A DNA stretch of 56,558 nucleotides, from IMG/VR virus record IMGVR_UViG_3300010214_000031, positions 1 through 56,558 of that record; one strand, given 5' to 3'. The position numbers and the translations under genes were made by a program. Every line of letters begins with the position of its first letter. The first letter of the stretch is position 1. The DNA is from a virus. Lineage: Duplodnaviria > Caudoviricetes. Below, piece after piece: positions 17,954 through 28,326 of this stretch. The notes below the pieces were generated by a model, which was not told where the DNA came from, did no database searches, and saw only the letters and a list, made by a program, of their open reading frames with translations.

Positions 17954-19743
17954 CGCTTGGTGCCTGCTCCAGCCAGTTCCAGACCCCAACGACCGAGACG
18001 GAAATCACCCCCGATGACGTTCGAGAACAGGGTCATGCCGAACTGCCGGCCTGCCACCTTGGCGTCGATCAGCTTGGACGTTGGCGAGATTGCAAGGATT
18101 TCGCTCATCATCACGCTGTCGCGCGGGTGGTCGAGCCCGTAGATGTAGAGGCTCATATCCCCCGACTGGCGCTGGAAATCCGGCACGAACCCGAAGATGT
18201 CGATCGTCCGGTTTCCGCTTTGGATATCAGTTGGCCCAAGCTCAATGAACGCCGGCAGCGGCTGGGAGTCGTTGTCCGGGTTCTCGACCACGTCATGCGC
18301 ATAGACATGGCCGCCGCCGAACAGGATGGGGCGCAGATCGCCGACGGTGTATTGGGTGGCGGCGGACCGGTTCCATGTGCCGTGCGACCACGAATAGTCC
18401 TCGAGGCTGACCATGACGTAGAGGTCGGGCTCGGTCGACAGCTTGGAGGGGTAGACGAACCACACCTCGTTGAAGAGCGCGTTGTGAAAAGCGAACGCCT
18501 TGCCGAGATGCTGCTTGTTGACGTTGTCGAAGACGTATTTGCGGATTTCGTCGCGCCGCGGAATAGGCTGAGCCGACCCCGAGTACATCCAGAAGTCGGT
18601 GCCCGACATCCAGTAGACCGTGCCATTCGCCATCGCCCAGGCATGCTGGCCGATCAGCCCACAATTGGTTGCGATCTTGCGGCTGTCGTAGATGAACTTG
18701 CCGCCGGTGAACTGCAGCAGGAACAGCGACGAGTCCGACCAGACGACGCTGATGCCTTCAGTGATCGCCGTTCCAGCCATCAACCGAGTCCCGCCCTGCA
18801 ATTTGCGCTCGTTCGACGTGTTGGTGGCCGCCGGCGTCCAGTCGGTCATGTTTTCGACGTCAGCCCAACGAACGGTCATCAAGTCGACGGCCCCGGCGAT
18901 CGTATTGCAGCCAAGCGCCATGATGTAACGTTCAGGCGTCACGAAGACATAGCGCGCGCTTGCCGGCGAGTTGGCGATCCTTTGCGGCCGCTGGTTGCCG
19001 CTCGACGTGTCGTAATGCCAGATCGCGTCATTGAGGCGGTTGACGATCAGATCTTCGCCGTAGAGGTCCATGGACCAGTTGGTCGGCTCGGAGATCAGCG
19101 CGCGCGACAGCGGCACATCCGTTCCCCAATAGCCGACGCCCCATTGGCCAACGCCCCAGCCCAGCAGATAGGTCGGGTCAACGCTACCGCAGTTGAGTTC
19201 GTAGGACGCCGTAACGGTGCCGCCGCCTGTCGCGCTCGAGGCCGCATTGGACGGGTGGGTGATCGTGTAGCTATCAACATCGACAATCGCGGTGACAGCA
19301 TAGTCACCTGCGATGGTGATGCCGCCGACCGCCGTTGCGCCGCTGAACGTGACGATCGTGCCGGCAGCAGCGATGCCGTGGTTTACGTCAGCTACGGTGA
19401 CGACCGGTGAGCCGGCGGACGTTGTGAATGGATTGCTGAGCGTCAGGCCAGTCGCGTCGGCGCGATACGGCGTGATCTTCCGCAAGGTCTCTTCGCGATA
19501 TAGGAAGAGCGCGCAGGGCGTAGCCCACACCAGGCATTGAATGCCGCTGTAGCTCGACCAACCCTGTGCCGCCCTGGCAATGCCGGAAAAGCTGGCCGGG
19601 AACAGCTTCTGGACCCCGCCAATCTTCTCCGGTCGGCCGTTGACGAACCGCACATGATCCATGTCGATCCAGCGGCCGCCAGCCGCATACTCCGACTCGG
19701 ACTTAACCACACCGGGAGGGACATCTATCGGGGCAAAACCCAT
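17950..19743 (-). CDS. Tail nozzle / DNA stabilization protein (podovirus tail tubular B-like)
   Basis: ~597 aa, beta-rich, VRWAD, FNEVWFVYP; start re-assigned to MGFAP; synteny. Confidence 0.75.
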   Translation of the reverse strand: MGFAPIDVPPGVVKSESEYAAGGRWIDMDHVRFVNGRPEKIGGVQKLFPASFSGIARAAQGWSSYSGIQCLVWATPCALFLYREETLRKITPYRADATGLTLSNPFTTSAGSPVVTVADVNHGIAAAGTIVTFSGATAVGGITIAGDYAVTAIVDVDSYTITHPSNAASSATGGGTVTASYELNCGSVDPTYLLGWGVGQWGVGYWGTDVPLSRALISEPTNWSMDLYGEDLIVNRLNDAIWHYDTSSGNQRPQRIANSPASARYVFVTPERYIMALGCNTIAGAVDLMTVRWADVENMTDWTPAATNTSNERKLQGGTRLMAGTAITEGISVVWSDSSLFLLQFTGGKFIYDSRKIATNCGLIGQHAWAMANGTVYWMSGTDFWMYSGSAQPIPRRDEIRKYVFDNVNKQHLGKAFAFHNALFNEVWFVYPSKLSTEPDLYVMVSLEDYSWSHGTWNRSAATQYTVGDLRPILFGGGHVYAHDVVENPDNDSQPLPAFIELGPTDIQSGNRTIDIFGFVPDFQRQSGDMSLYIYGLDHPRDSVMMSEILAISPTSKLIDAKVAGRQFGMTLFSNVIGGDFRLGRWGLELAGAGTKR

Positions 19744-19744
19744 G

Positions 19745-20335
19745 TCAGGTCCACGTAATCCTGATGCCGCCAGAGCCGCCGTTTCCACCAGAAACTGCGG
19801 TGCCTCCAGCACCAACGACACCGTTGATCACAGTGCCAGGCGGTAGCGTAGCTTTCGTATAGGTCTTCGTGCTCTTGCCGCCGCCGCCGCCGCTAAGGCC
19901 GTTACACCACCAAGTCCCATACTCAGTGTCGTTTCCTTGGCGCGCGGCGCCGGTGCCACCATTGCCCAACCCAAGTCCGCCGGCGCCAGAACCTCCTGGC
20001 GTTCCACCAATTCCGCCGCTCGCACCCGACCCGCCCGTTGTATTCGTGTCGCCACCACTGGCCGTGCCGCCCGATGAACCGGAACCACCGTTCCCCTGCA
20101 AACCAAGCGACGCTATCGATGAGGCTCCACCCGCCGGCATGGCTAAAGTTTGGCACGCCCCGTTGTTGCCAACGGGGTTGCCATTCCGGCCAGCAGAACC
20201 GCCGCCGACCACATCAAACGTGATGGTTCCACTAAAGTATGGAACGGTAAAACTCATTGCCCCAGGTGTCGAAAATGTCTGGGTGTCCGGAGGATCATAG
20301 GGGCGTACAGGCATGAAACCTACATGCGGAAGCAT
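19745..20335 (-). CDS. Glycine-rich tail fibre-associated protein
   Basis: FSTPG..SFTVP...VGGG...VGAGG...GG.IRITW pattern. Confidence 0.65.
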   Translation of the reverse strand: MLPHVGFMPVRPYDPPDTQTFSTPGAMSFTVPYFSGTITFDVVGGGSAGRNGNPVGNNGACQTLAMPAGGASSIASLGLQGNGGSGSSGGTASGGDTNTTGGSGASGGIGGTPGGSGAGGLGLGNGGTGAARQGNDTEYGTWWCNGLSGGGGGKSTKTYTKATLPPGTVINGVVGAGGTAVSGGNGGSGGIRITWT

Positions 20336-20343
20336 GGCGGAGC

Positions 20344-21504
20344 CTACGCGCGGGCGATCACCAGGTGAGTGCGGGTACCCACCTTCGTGATATAGAAATT
20401 AAACACCCGGCCGACAGTATTGTCCCAATTTTCCCCACCAGTTGCACTGAAACCGGATGGTGTGACAACAGCGCCGGACGCATTCGTCACTTGCACCACC
20501 AACTGATATGAGCCTGCGGCGACTGGCGGCAAGAACTGGATTGGGCCGCCGGCAATGATCTTCTTGTAGTTTCCGCCTGACGGCGTCGGCGTATAGTTGC
20601 CGGATACGATGGTGCCGTCGTCATCCTCTGTTGAGGTGAAGCCCGCTTCGAGGTTGGCATCAGCCGTGGTTACGAGAACTGTCCCGCTTACGTTGGGCCA
20701 AGTCACGGTACGCATCGTGGCGGTCGTAAAGCCGGCGATCGCAAACCTGAGCTTTTTGGTAGCGTCCGATGTGTCGACGAAGAGGGCCTTAGCCGTATCG
20801 AACGGGGCGGCCGCCCCCAGGATCGCCCTGAAGGCGGTCCCCGTACAGAACACCACGGCACTCGCCCCGTCCGGCACCGTCAGCGTCGCAACTCCGTTGA
20901 CCAGCTCGGTGCTGTTCGGGTCGAGTACGACATCGCCAGAGCCGGCCTTAACGGTGCAGTACCAACCGGCGCCGAGAATGGCCGCAGCCTTGAAGGACAA
21001 GGTGGCCGCCGCGGTGAACTCGATGAGCGAACCATCGTCGCTCTGCACAGCCTGATAGTTGGCCGCCTTGCTCCCGACGGAAGGCTTCGGCGCCGAGCCG
21101 TTCGCCCCGGCCGATGTCATGCGGTAGATGTTCGTGCCATCGGAAACCAGAATGCATCTGGTGCCCTGGGGCACCACGACGCCCGAGCCGCTGGTTGTAC
21201 GGAAAGTGACGTTGAAGTCGCCCGTCGTGTCGTTGCTGACGAACCAGAAGCCTTTGCGGTCGTTGGTCAGCACGGCGGCATTGGCGGTGAGCGTGCCCGT
21301 CAGCTTGATAAGCAGCGAGCGCTCTTCGACCGCGCTGAGCGTCACATCGCCCGATGTCAGGGCCTTGGTGCTGACCTCTCCCAGCACCGCCTCGAGGCGC
21401 TTGAAGTTTTCGTCGGCGACATCACCCCAATTGCCGAACGCGCCATAGCTGGACTCGCCCTGCGCCATATCGATGAGCTGAAGGATCGCGGTAAGGCTGG
21501 GCAT
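20344..21504 (-). CDS. Tail fibre protein
   Basis: WG...DENF anchor-like N-terminus, LTGTLTAN, beta-rich; start re-assigned to MPSLT. Confidence 0.65.
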   Translation of the reverse strand: MPSLTAILQLIDMAQGESSYGAFGNWGDVADENFKRLEAVLGEVSTKALTSGDVTLSAVEERSLLIKLTGTLTANAAVLTNDRKGFWFVSNDTTGDFNVTFRTTSGSGVVVPQGTRCILVSDGTNIYRMTSAGANGSAPKPSVGSKAANYQAVQSDDGSLIEFTAAATLSFKAAAILGAGWYCTVKAGSGDVVLDPNSTELVNGVATLTVPDGASAVVFCTGTAFRAILGAAAPFDTAKALFVDTSDATKKLRFAIAGFTTATMRTVTWPNVSGTVLVTTADANLEAGFTSTEDDDGTIVSGNYTPTPSGGNYKKIIAGGPIQFLPPVAAGSYQLVVQVTNASGAVVTPSGFSATGGENWDNTVGRVFNFYITKVGTRTHLVIARA

Positions 21505-22139
21505 CAGGCGCTCTCCTCCCAATTGAAGTCAAATTCCATGCCGCGAAGCCCGAGATCGCCTTCCACCTTGATGTCGTCGACCATGGCCATCGCCTTGATC
21601 TCGGCCCGGTCCATGACGTCGAACTCCTTGCGTGCTTCCGCCGCGAACATCAGGCAGACGCGGCGCAGCAAGGTCGGATAACGGTCTGTGAGGAAATTGG
21701 TCGGGTTATCGGAAGAGAGGGCGTCCGGCCGCCGGTAGAAGGCCATTTTGGCCGTGTAGGCTTGATCCGGCCTGTGATTGAAATTGATCTGCCGATCCAT
21801 GTTGGCCCAGCGCGTCGGCGGTGCAACAGGCAGCACCGCAGTCTGGTCCCAGCCAAGCCCGGCCTGGAAGCGTGACGGGTCAACGTAAATGATCGTGGGG
21901 ATGTGGCCGGGGATGCCGAGGTGTATTGGGTCGAGGTAACCAGCAGGGAACGGGACATACGGGATGTTCGCGGCGATGGCGACGTCAGCTCTTGCTAACA
22001 TCTCCATGACCCGCAGCTTCGAATAGATCCACTTTTCGGCCTCATCGAGAATGCCGTCGGCATCGATCCTGGACCAATTGATCCAGTATTTGATCGATCC
22101 GACGACAAGCTCGGACCCGACAAGGGTCGTGTAGTCCAT
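21504..22139 (-). CDS. Head-tail adaptor (tail tubular A-like)
   Basis: MDYTTL...AE..I...LRV..M...TNFLT..YP pattern. Confidence 0.7.
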   Translation of the reverse strand: MDYTTLVGSELVVGSIKYWINWSRIDADGILDEAEKWIYSKLRVMEMLARADVAIAANIPYVPFPAGYLDPIHLGIPGHIPTIIYVDPSRFQAGLGWDQTAVLPVAPPTRWANMDRQINFNHRPDQAYTAKMAFYRRPDALSSDNPTNFLTDRYPTLLRRVCLMFAAEARKEFDVMDRAEIKAMAMVDDIKVEGDLGLRGMEFDFNWEESA

Positions 22140-22145
22140 GGCTCG

Positions 22146-22790
22146 TCAGCCCCGCCTGGCGTCTTCCTCGCTGACCACACCATGAGTGATGAGGCCGGCG
22201 ACGATGGACTTGGTGGTGGCAGTATCGATATCGGGATACTGCTCGCTGACGACCTTGCGGACGCTGAAGAAGGCGTAGTTCGCCTCGTTCTTCGCCCATG
22301 CGGCCAGGTCGATCTCGCCGACATCGACATTCGGCTGCGGTGCCGGCTTCACAGGCGGCGTCTGGGGCGGTGGCGGCGCCTGGTTACCACTCTGCGGGGC
22401 AATGTCGTCCAGCACCGCCCGGACGGCGTCAACACTGACGCTTCCGGTGGTCAGGGCGCCCTTGAGCAGATCCATGACATCAGCACTGCCTTGCTGACCG
22501 CTGCCGCCGAGTTCGGCGACAATGGCTTCGAGTTCGGCAAGCGTCACATTGCCGTCGGCAATCGCATCCCTGAGAAGATCGGGCAGGAGGCGAGGTTCCG
22601 GATCAGTGTCGGGAGAAGGCTGCGGAGCGGGGACATACGTCCCCGCCCCTGCCTCCGGCCCCTCGCCCTCGCGGAAGAGAAATTGACCCGAACCGTCGAA
22701 GTAGGCGCCGCTCTGGTTGAACATGGCGCCGAAATAGGGCGGATGGATCGAGCTGTGCTCGCGATCGCGATTGAAGGCTGGAGTTTTCAT
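22146..22790 (-). CDS. Hypothetical protein, head module
   Basis: 214-aa ORF in operon. Confidence 0.6.
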   Translation of the reverse strand: MKTPAFNRDREHSSIHPPYFGAMFNQSGAYFDGSGQFLFREGEGPEAGAGTYVPAPQPSPDTDPEPRLLPDLLRDAIADGNVTLAELEAIVAELGGSGQQGSADVMDLLKGALTTGSVSVDAVRAVLDDIAPQSGNQAPPPPQTPPVKPAPQPNVDVGEIDLAAWAKNEANYAFFSVRKVVSEQYPDIDTATTKSIVAGLITHGVVSEEDARRG

Positions 22791-22801
22791 CGATCCGACC
22801 C

Positions 22802-22981
22802 TCAGTAGGACCGCACCTTGCCGTCCTTGATGGACGACGAGATGTCGGTGGTTCCGCCCTTCATGTCGTTCTTGATGCCCTTGGTCGACTTGTCGCCATA
22901 GGACGAGTTGTCGAGGCCGGTCTGCTTGACGAGCTTGGTGCCCCGGGCACCGCTGGTCTGGACGGTGTTGTTATTGCCCAT
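22802..22981 (-). CDS. Hypothetical small protein
   Basis: MGNNN start 1 bp after the upstream stop. Confidence 0.5.
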   Translation of the reverse strand: MGNNNTVQTSGARGTKLVKQTGLDNSSYGDKSTKGIKNDMKGGTTDISSSIKDGKVRSY

Positions 22982-22982
22982 C

Positions 22983-23213
22983 TCAGTCGTCTCCGTAGAG
23001 TGTCTTGAAGCGGGCCTCGTCCTCATTCATGAGGCCGTCGCTGGCGTGGTTTTCGCCATAACGGCTGTCACGAGGGAAGTCGGACCGCTCAAGCGGCTTG
23101 CGAGAGCGGACGGTGTAGCCGTCCGCGGCGGCGCTTCCCGTCTCGTCGGTCGCCATGCCAATAGGCGTGCGCGGGTTCCGAGGATCACGGGAAACGTATC
23201 GGCGCTTGTCCAT
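22983..23213 (-). CDS. Hypothetical small protein
   Basis: 76 aa, AGGAG RBS. Confidence 0.6.
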   Translation of the reverse strand: MDKRRYVSRDPRNPRTPIGMATDETGSAAADGYTVRSRKPLERSDFPRDSRYGENHASDGLMNEDEARFKTLYGDD

Positions 23214-23262
23214 GGGAAAGCTCCTTGGCTTGCCGGTCGCCCGGAGGCGGCCGGCGCGCTGG

Positions 23263-23655
23263 TTACAGCATCCAGTCGATGACGACGGTCACGGTGCCGA
23301 CGCCGGCAGGTGAGCCACCGGTCGGCGCGACAAACGACATAAGGACGTCGGTATCGGCCGGCAGACGGTTCTGGGTGATGACCGGAGCCGTGCGGGCGCT
23401 GTCGTCGGACGCGATGGCGCCGCCGGCTGCGGTGGTGCCGAGCGGCAGGCTGGCATAGGCCTGCGGCGTGCCGGTGACGCCCACATCGACGCGGCCCTGC
23501 GTGGTGGTCGCGGTGAACGTGGTCGTCGCCGACATCGAAATGCTCTGCAGCAGGGCCATCTTGCCCTTCGGGCCGCGAATGGCCTGGGCCGAGTTGGTGG
23601 CGAAGTTGACAGCCGGAAATGAGTAGGTCCGGCGATCGGCATTGGCGTAGGACAT
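23263..23655 (-). CDS. Putative capsid decoration/cement protein
   Basis: 130-aa Thr/Ala-rich beta protein right after the major capsid gene; AGGAGG RBS. Confidence 0.6.
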   Translation of the reverse strand: MSYANADRRTYSFPAVNFATNSAQAIRGPKGKMALLQSISMSATTTFTATTTQGRVDVGVTGTPQAYASLPLGTTAAGGAIASDDSARTAPVITQNRLPADTDVLMSFVAPTGGSPAGVGTVTVVIDWML

Positions 23656-23732
23656 TGCGTCCTCCTATGGATCATTGGACGAGCAGGCCGGTTGCCCGGC
23701 CTACTGGCGGTTCGAGATGGTTGGAGGTCGCT

Positions 23733-24740
23733 TTAGGCGGCGCTGTCCCACATCATGGCGCGCGCGTTGAACGCGTCCGGATGGCAGAGGCCGGCACCGC
23801 CCACATAGTAGTAGGCGACCGCATTGTCGCGGCCGAAGTCCTGGGGCAGCTTGGCGCGGATCTCCTCGGGCACCGAAGGTGCTTCGATGAAGGTGTCGGC
23901 GCCGAAGAAGATCGCCCAGGACGACTGAGCGTTGTTCCACGGGTCGTCGACCGCGTCGTAGATGTAGTTGGCACCCATCGACGTGGAGAACGCCGCGTCG
24001 TTGGCATGGCCCTTCGGCATCTCGTTCTGCTCGATGAAGCGGCAGCTTTCGTAGCGGCCAACCTCGCCGGCATAGATCATCTCGACACCCGACTGGGTGT
24101 ACTGATGGATGCCCTCGAGCGAGTTCTTGAAGGGACGGAACGTCGTCGGGTGGCCGATCGACAGGTAGTCGTCGCCCTCGTACGGCGGAATGTTCCGCTC
24201 CTTCATGAGGTCGACGATGGCCTTGACGTGGTTGTTGACCATCGGCGTGTTGTTGGTGATGCCGGTCGCGCCATTAGTCGACAGCGTTACGCTGGTGGTC
24301 GAGTTGCCACCGGTCGGCGCAACGCGAAGCGGCGTGCGGAAGAGCTGGTAACCAGCCATGCGGTCCAGTGTCTTGCGGGCGTCGTCGCGCAGCGTCTGGT
24401 CGATGACGTCCTTGACGTCGTGCTCACCCAGACGCTCGACCTTCTCGGTGAATGGCACCGAGTTGCCGTATTCCTGGATGGTCATCGAGCGCTGCTGGAT
24501 CGAGAAGCTGGTCTCGGGCATGCGCTGCATTTCACCGATAGGACCGCCGCGCTTGCCGAGCGACGAATAGACGTTCCACCTGTACGTGTCGCCACGATGC
24601 AGGCCGAGCGCGTCTTCCTTGGCGTCCGACAAGTTGCGGAACTTGGTGCGCGGCTGAAGTTCGAACCGCAGATATTCCGACAGGTTGTCGGAGTAGAGAA
24701 AGCCGCCGCTGGTATCAACGGCCCAGATCTGACCAGTCAT
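23733..24740 (-). CDS. Major capsid protein (N4-gp56-like, HK97 fold)
   Basis: 335 aa; EYGNSV, Y...HP, GEVGRYE..RFIE; follows the scaffold gene. Confidence 0.85.
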   Translation of the reverse strand: MTGQIWAVDTSGGFLYSDNLSEYLRFELQPRTKFRNLSDAKEDALGLHRGDTYRWNVYSSLGKRGGPIGEMQRMPETSFSIQQRSMTIQEYGNSVPFTEKVERLGEHDVKDVIDQTLRDDARKTLDRMAGYQLFRTPLRVAPTGGNSTTSVTLSTNGATGITNNTPMVNNHVKAIVDLMKERNIPPYEGDDYLSIGHPTTFRPFKNSLEGIHQYTQSGVEMIYAGEVGRYESCRFIEQNEMPKGHANDAAFSTSMGANYIYDAVDDPWNNAQSSWAIFFGADTFIEAPSVPEEIRAKLPQDFGRDNAVAYYYVGGAGLCHPDAFNARAMMWDSAA

Positions 24741-24769
24741 GAGAGTGGTCCTTCCCGATGAAGGCCGGG

Positions 24770-26056
24770 TTATGCCCTGCCGCGGCGCGCAGCGCGCATC
24801 TGACGAACCGCCGAAAGGCGGGCCTCTTCGCGGGTGCGTTCCTGGGTATCGGCATTGGGGGGCACATTGGCCCGGCGTGGTTGCGTGATGATCTCGCGCT
24901 TCAGCGCATCGCGCTGGCTGGGATCGAACTGCTGTTGACGAGTTTCCGACGTGGGCTGTGGACGCGGCTGCATTCCGAACTGCTTGCGCAGGGATTCCGC
25001 CGATTCACTGAGCACCGCCCCATGGTCCGGCAGGTCATAGCCTTTGAGCTTCAGTGTCCGGTACGCGTAGCCGATGGCTTCCGTGTCCGAGAACTTGTGC
25101 TCTGTCTTGATCCTGTCGAGCGACTCCTCAGTGACGCCGATGTCGAACATCCGATTCCGCATGGTGTTTGTGGTTTCGGTTGCAAGGGCGGCCTGAAGAG
25201 CGGGGCTGTTTTGAAACTCCGGATTTTCTTCGCCGAAGGTACGGAGCGTCGTCAGCGTTTCGTGCCGCCTGCTGTTGGACTCGTTAACGATCGTCACCTG
25301 GTCGGCGATGGTCGTTTTCAGGTCCCCGATGCGGTCGATAATGCGCTGCTCGATCGATGCGCCGTACTTTGCCAGGGCTTCCTTCGCCTGGCTGGGATCA
25401 CCGACCTGAATCTTGTCGATGATGTCGTCCAGTTCCGCATCGGCCAGTTGGTGTCCCTGGGGTGCTTCCCTGGTGGTGGACGCTTCCTCGGGCTCGGCTG
25501 GGTGTTGCCGGGCCTTGCGGACCTCGTCCAAACTCTGCTCAAGTTCACGCTTGAGGCCTTTGGCGACGTCGAGAATGTTCCCGGCCGCCATGGCCTGCTG
25601 CGCGAGCGCAACGACCTCCTTGTCGTCGACTTCGACTTCCCTGCCATTGACCGTCAGCTTGCGCTTGGCCGGCGGCTGGGACTGTTCCTGATGCTGAACC
25701 GGCGGCTGAACGACTTCGCCGCGCTCGGTGGCACGCCGTGCCTCGCGGTCGCCGCGGGTTTCGACACGCTCGCCGAAGAACTCCTTCTCGCGCTCCGGCG
25801 GGATCGAAATGAACTCGCTCTCGCCCTCTGCCGGCTCGCGGTTGCGCTTGGCCTTGTCGTAGATCGCCTTGCGCTTGTCGGCGAAAGGCGAACCGACTAC
25901 AGGCCCCCTGCTCTCAGGAGCTTCGGCGGCCTCGGGCGCCTCCCTGCTGACGGCATCGCCGCCGCGAACTTCGACGTCGTCAGCGACGAGATCCGTGGCG
26001 TTGCGGTTTTCTTCGGCAATCACATCCGGTGACAGTTCTGTACCAGCCATGGTCAT
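24770..26056 (-). CDS. Capsid scaffolding protein
   Basis: Acidic helical protein, KLTVNGREVEV motif, basic C-terminus. Confidence 0.75.
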   Translation of the reverse strand: MTMAGTELSPDVIAEENRNATDLVADDVEVRGGDAVSREAPEAAEAPESRGPVVGSPFADKRKAIYDKAKRNREPAEGESEFISIPPEREKEFFGERVETRGDREARRATERGEVVQPPVQHQEQSQPPAKRKLTVNGREVEVDDKEVVALAQQAMAAGNILDVAKGLKRELEQSLDEVRKARQHPAEPEEASTTREAPQGHQLADAELDDIIDKIQVGDPSQAKEALAKYGASIEQRIIDRIGDLKTTIADQVTIVNESNSRRHETLTTLRTFGEENPEFQNSPALQAALATETTNTMRNRMFDIGVTEESLDRIKTEHKFSDTEAIGYAYRTLKLKGYDLPDHGAVLSESAESLRKQFGMQPRPQPTSETRQQQFDPSQRDALKREIITQPRRANVPPNADTQERTREEARLSAVRQMRAARRGRA

Positions 26057-26415
26057 GTATCCTTTGGTTGTGCCTCTTCGCCCCTAAGCATCGCCTCGAG
26101 TTCGGCCGCCTTGTCTTCCGACAGGTCTTCGGTGGCGTAGCGCCCTGCCTCCATGATCTTGGCGAGGTAGTCATGGAGATCAGTGAAGCGGGTCACCTTC
26201 CATTGAAGATCGCGCACCTTGTTGCCGTCGAAGGGATCGCAGCTCACCAGATCGGAAACGGCCTGGCGCGCATCGTCGCGAGCCTGATCAAGGATGAACC
26301 GCAGCGCGCTGCTGGGCTTCTTGAGCCCGTGAGCCACCTCGAGGGCGGCATCGAGCGTGGCAATACGGGCGTATTCCTCATCCAGAATCTCGCTGGGGCC
26401 GTCGTCGTCATCCAT
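26053..26415 (-). CDS. Hypothetical head-module protein
   Basis: 120-aa acidic ORF with ATGA coupling to the scaffold gene. Confidence 0.65.
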   Translation of the reverse strand: MDDDDGPSEILDEEYARIATLDAALEVAHGLKKPSSALRFILDQARDDARQAVSDLVSCDPFDGNKVRDLQWKVTRFTDLHDYLAKIMEAGRYATEDLSEDKAAELEAMLRGEEAQPKDT

Positions 26416-26430
26416 GGGTGCCTCGTGCCT

Positions 26431-28044
26431 CTACGCGACCAGCAAGAGCGCGATCGCGATGTCCTCATCCTCTGCCATCGCCGTGTCGCGCCGGCCCTTC
26501 TCCGCCAGCAGCGCCACATCAGCCTCGGCTTGTGCTCGGCGTGCCGCCTCTGCCCGCTCGGCTGCAACCGCCGCTCGGCGGGCCTGTACCCGCTCTTGAC
26601 CGATGGTCGAATTGAGCTGTCGGGCCAGCGCCCTGATGGCTGCGGCGGTCTCGGCAAGCGAGGTGGCGGCGATCAGGGCCTCAGTTGCCAGCCCCTGTTC
26701 TCTCGCGACTGCGATGGCCTCGGCACGGGCTCGAGCGCGCAGCTCGTCGTCCTTGGCCTTCCTGGCAGCCTTGACCACCTGGTGGATGGTCTTGACGCGG
26801 TGGCGAGCTTTCCTGCGGTCGTCCGAACCGCCACCAACCACCGGGGCGTCGATGATCGGCGTCTGATTGGCAACGAGATTGGCCGGCGCGCCAGCGATGG
26901 CATATGCGCCGTTGGCGGCAGCGACCTTGCGCGCAAAGCGCAGCGTGGCAGCGGTGCCCGACAGCAAGTACCCGCCGGCCGATGCCGTGAAGCGGCGAGC
27001 ATTTCGCAATGCTGCCGGCTGCCCAGCGAGGCTGTAGGAGCTGCCGACGGCGAGCAGCACCGTGTTGCCCGTCTTGCCAAGGCCCGCCGCAGATCCGGTG
27101 ATCGAATAAGCGCCTGCCGCCGCAGCCACCTTGCGCGAAGCCACCAGGCTGACCGGTACGCCGCCAAGCGAGTAGCTGGCGGACGCTGCGGTGACCTTGC
27201 GGCCTGTCTTGAGCGCGGCGGCGACACCCGAGATGCCATAGCTGCCCACGGATGCCCCGACCTTCCGGCCGATCTTGACCGCAGCCGCCTGCCCAGAAAT
27301 CGCATAGGAGCTGCTCGCCGCAACGACTTTCCGGGCTCGGCGAACCGTGGCCGCTTGGCCTGTGATCGAGTAGCTGCCGGCATTCGCCGCGACCGTGTAG
27401 GCCTGTCCACCTGCCGCCTCGGCAATCGAGATGCCGCCCAGCATGTAGGTCTGGTTGACGGTATGGGCGATTGTGAAGGTGCCCGCCGACACACCGTTGG
27501 CAAGACCCGTCGCCGCAGTCAGGTAGAGACCGCCGGCATCGCTGCGGAAACTCGTGAGCGTGCTGGTCGAGCCCGTGAAATTGAGCGTCGTGCCGCCGCT
27601 GCTGCCGGCATAGCCAACCACCAGGCCGTTGGCGGTCGTGGTGAGCGGGATAGTCTGTGTTGCCGGGTATCCGCTGTGGACGATGCTGGCAGCGTTTACC
27701 GCGCCGGCGCCTCGAACCACCAAGGCATAGATGACCGGGTTGTCGCCGAAGGCGTCGGTGGCAGTGCCGATGCTGCACGACTGCACGCCTGAAACATTGT
27801 CCGGCAGCATTGCCGACAAGATGCTCGTCGGCAGATACCCATCATCTGAGCCTGCTGCATGCAGTGCCGCGACAGCTCCGGCAAAGGTGCCGCCATTCGA
27901 AGTCGGGCCATCAACGCAGGCATGGAAGACGACAAGACGTCTGTTGGCGGCAGCCGCGCCAGTGTCGACGTTGAAGCTGATCGTGTGCGATGGCCATACC
28001 GCACCTGGCGTTATGACCTGAACAGCGTCAGGAGTTGTTGGCAT
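26431..28044 (-). CDS. Repeat-containing putative structural (fibre-like) protein
   Basis: Beta-rich N-terminus, eight ~22-aa repeats, helical C-terminus. Confidence 0.65.
   Translation of the reverse strand: MPTTPDAVQVITPGAVWPSHTISFNVDTGAAAANRRLVVFHACVDGPTSNGGTFAGAVAALHAAGSDDGYLPTSILSAMLPDNVSGVQSCSIGTATDAFGDNPVIYALVVRGAGAVNAASIVHSGYPATQTIPLTTTANGLVVGYAGSSGGTTLNFTGSTSTLTSFRSDAGGLYLTAATGLANGVSAGTFTIAHTVNQTYMLGGISIAEAAGGQAYTVAANAGSYSITGQAATVRRARKVVAASSSYAISGQAAAVKIGRKVGASVGSYGISGVAAALKTGRKVTAASASYSLGGVPVSLVASRKVAAAAGAYSITGSAAGLGKTGNTVLLAVGSSYSLAGQPAALRNARRFTASAGGYLLSGTAATLRFARKVAAANGAYAIAGAPANLVANQTPIIDAPVVGGGSDDRRKARHRVKTIHQVVKAARKAKDDELRARARAEAIAVAREQGLATEALIAATSLAETAAAIRALARQLNSTIGQERVQARRAAVAAERAEAARRAQAEADVALLAEKGRRDTAMAEDEDIAIALLLVA
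26870..27399 (-). repeat. Eight ~22-aa protein repeats (KVxAxxGSYxIxGxxAxLxxxR); approximate bounds
   Basis: Visible in the translation of 26431-28044. Confidence 0.85.
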
Positions 28045-28059
28045 TGGTCAGGCTGACGC

Positions 28060-28326
28060 CTAGCGCACATCCCAGAGCGGACGGACGTCGCCGCCGCCGC
28101 ACATGAAGCGCGAATGCTTCCGACCGCATGTGCAGTGGAAGATGTAGATGTCGGGCACTGGCTCGCCGGCGACACTGAAGAAAGCCTCAATGTCGTGCTC
28201 TTCAGGATGCCTGCAGCACGACGCAATCTGCTGGTTGTGCTCCAGCGCTTCGAAGAACTTCGCCGGGATCAGGTCGGCCGGAAGGCTCGATACCTTGACG
28301 CGCGGGCAGGCTTGGACGTGAGCCAT
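28060..28326 (-). CDS. Small Cys/His-rich protein
   Basis: MAHVQAC start with TGATG coupling; CCRH, HCTCGRKH. Confidence 0.6.
   Translation of the reverse strand: MAHVQACPRVKVSSLPADLIPAKFFEALEHNQQIASCCRHPEEHDIEAFFSVAGEPVPDIYIFHCTCGRKHSRFMCGGGDVRPLWDVR

Noticed and set aside
19745-21504. Diversity-generating retroelement or invertible tail-fibre cassette
   Set aside because: No reverse transcriptase, invertase or duplicated template region seen
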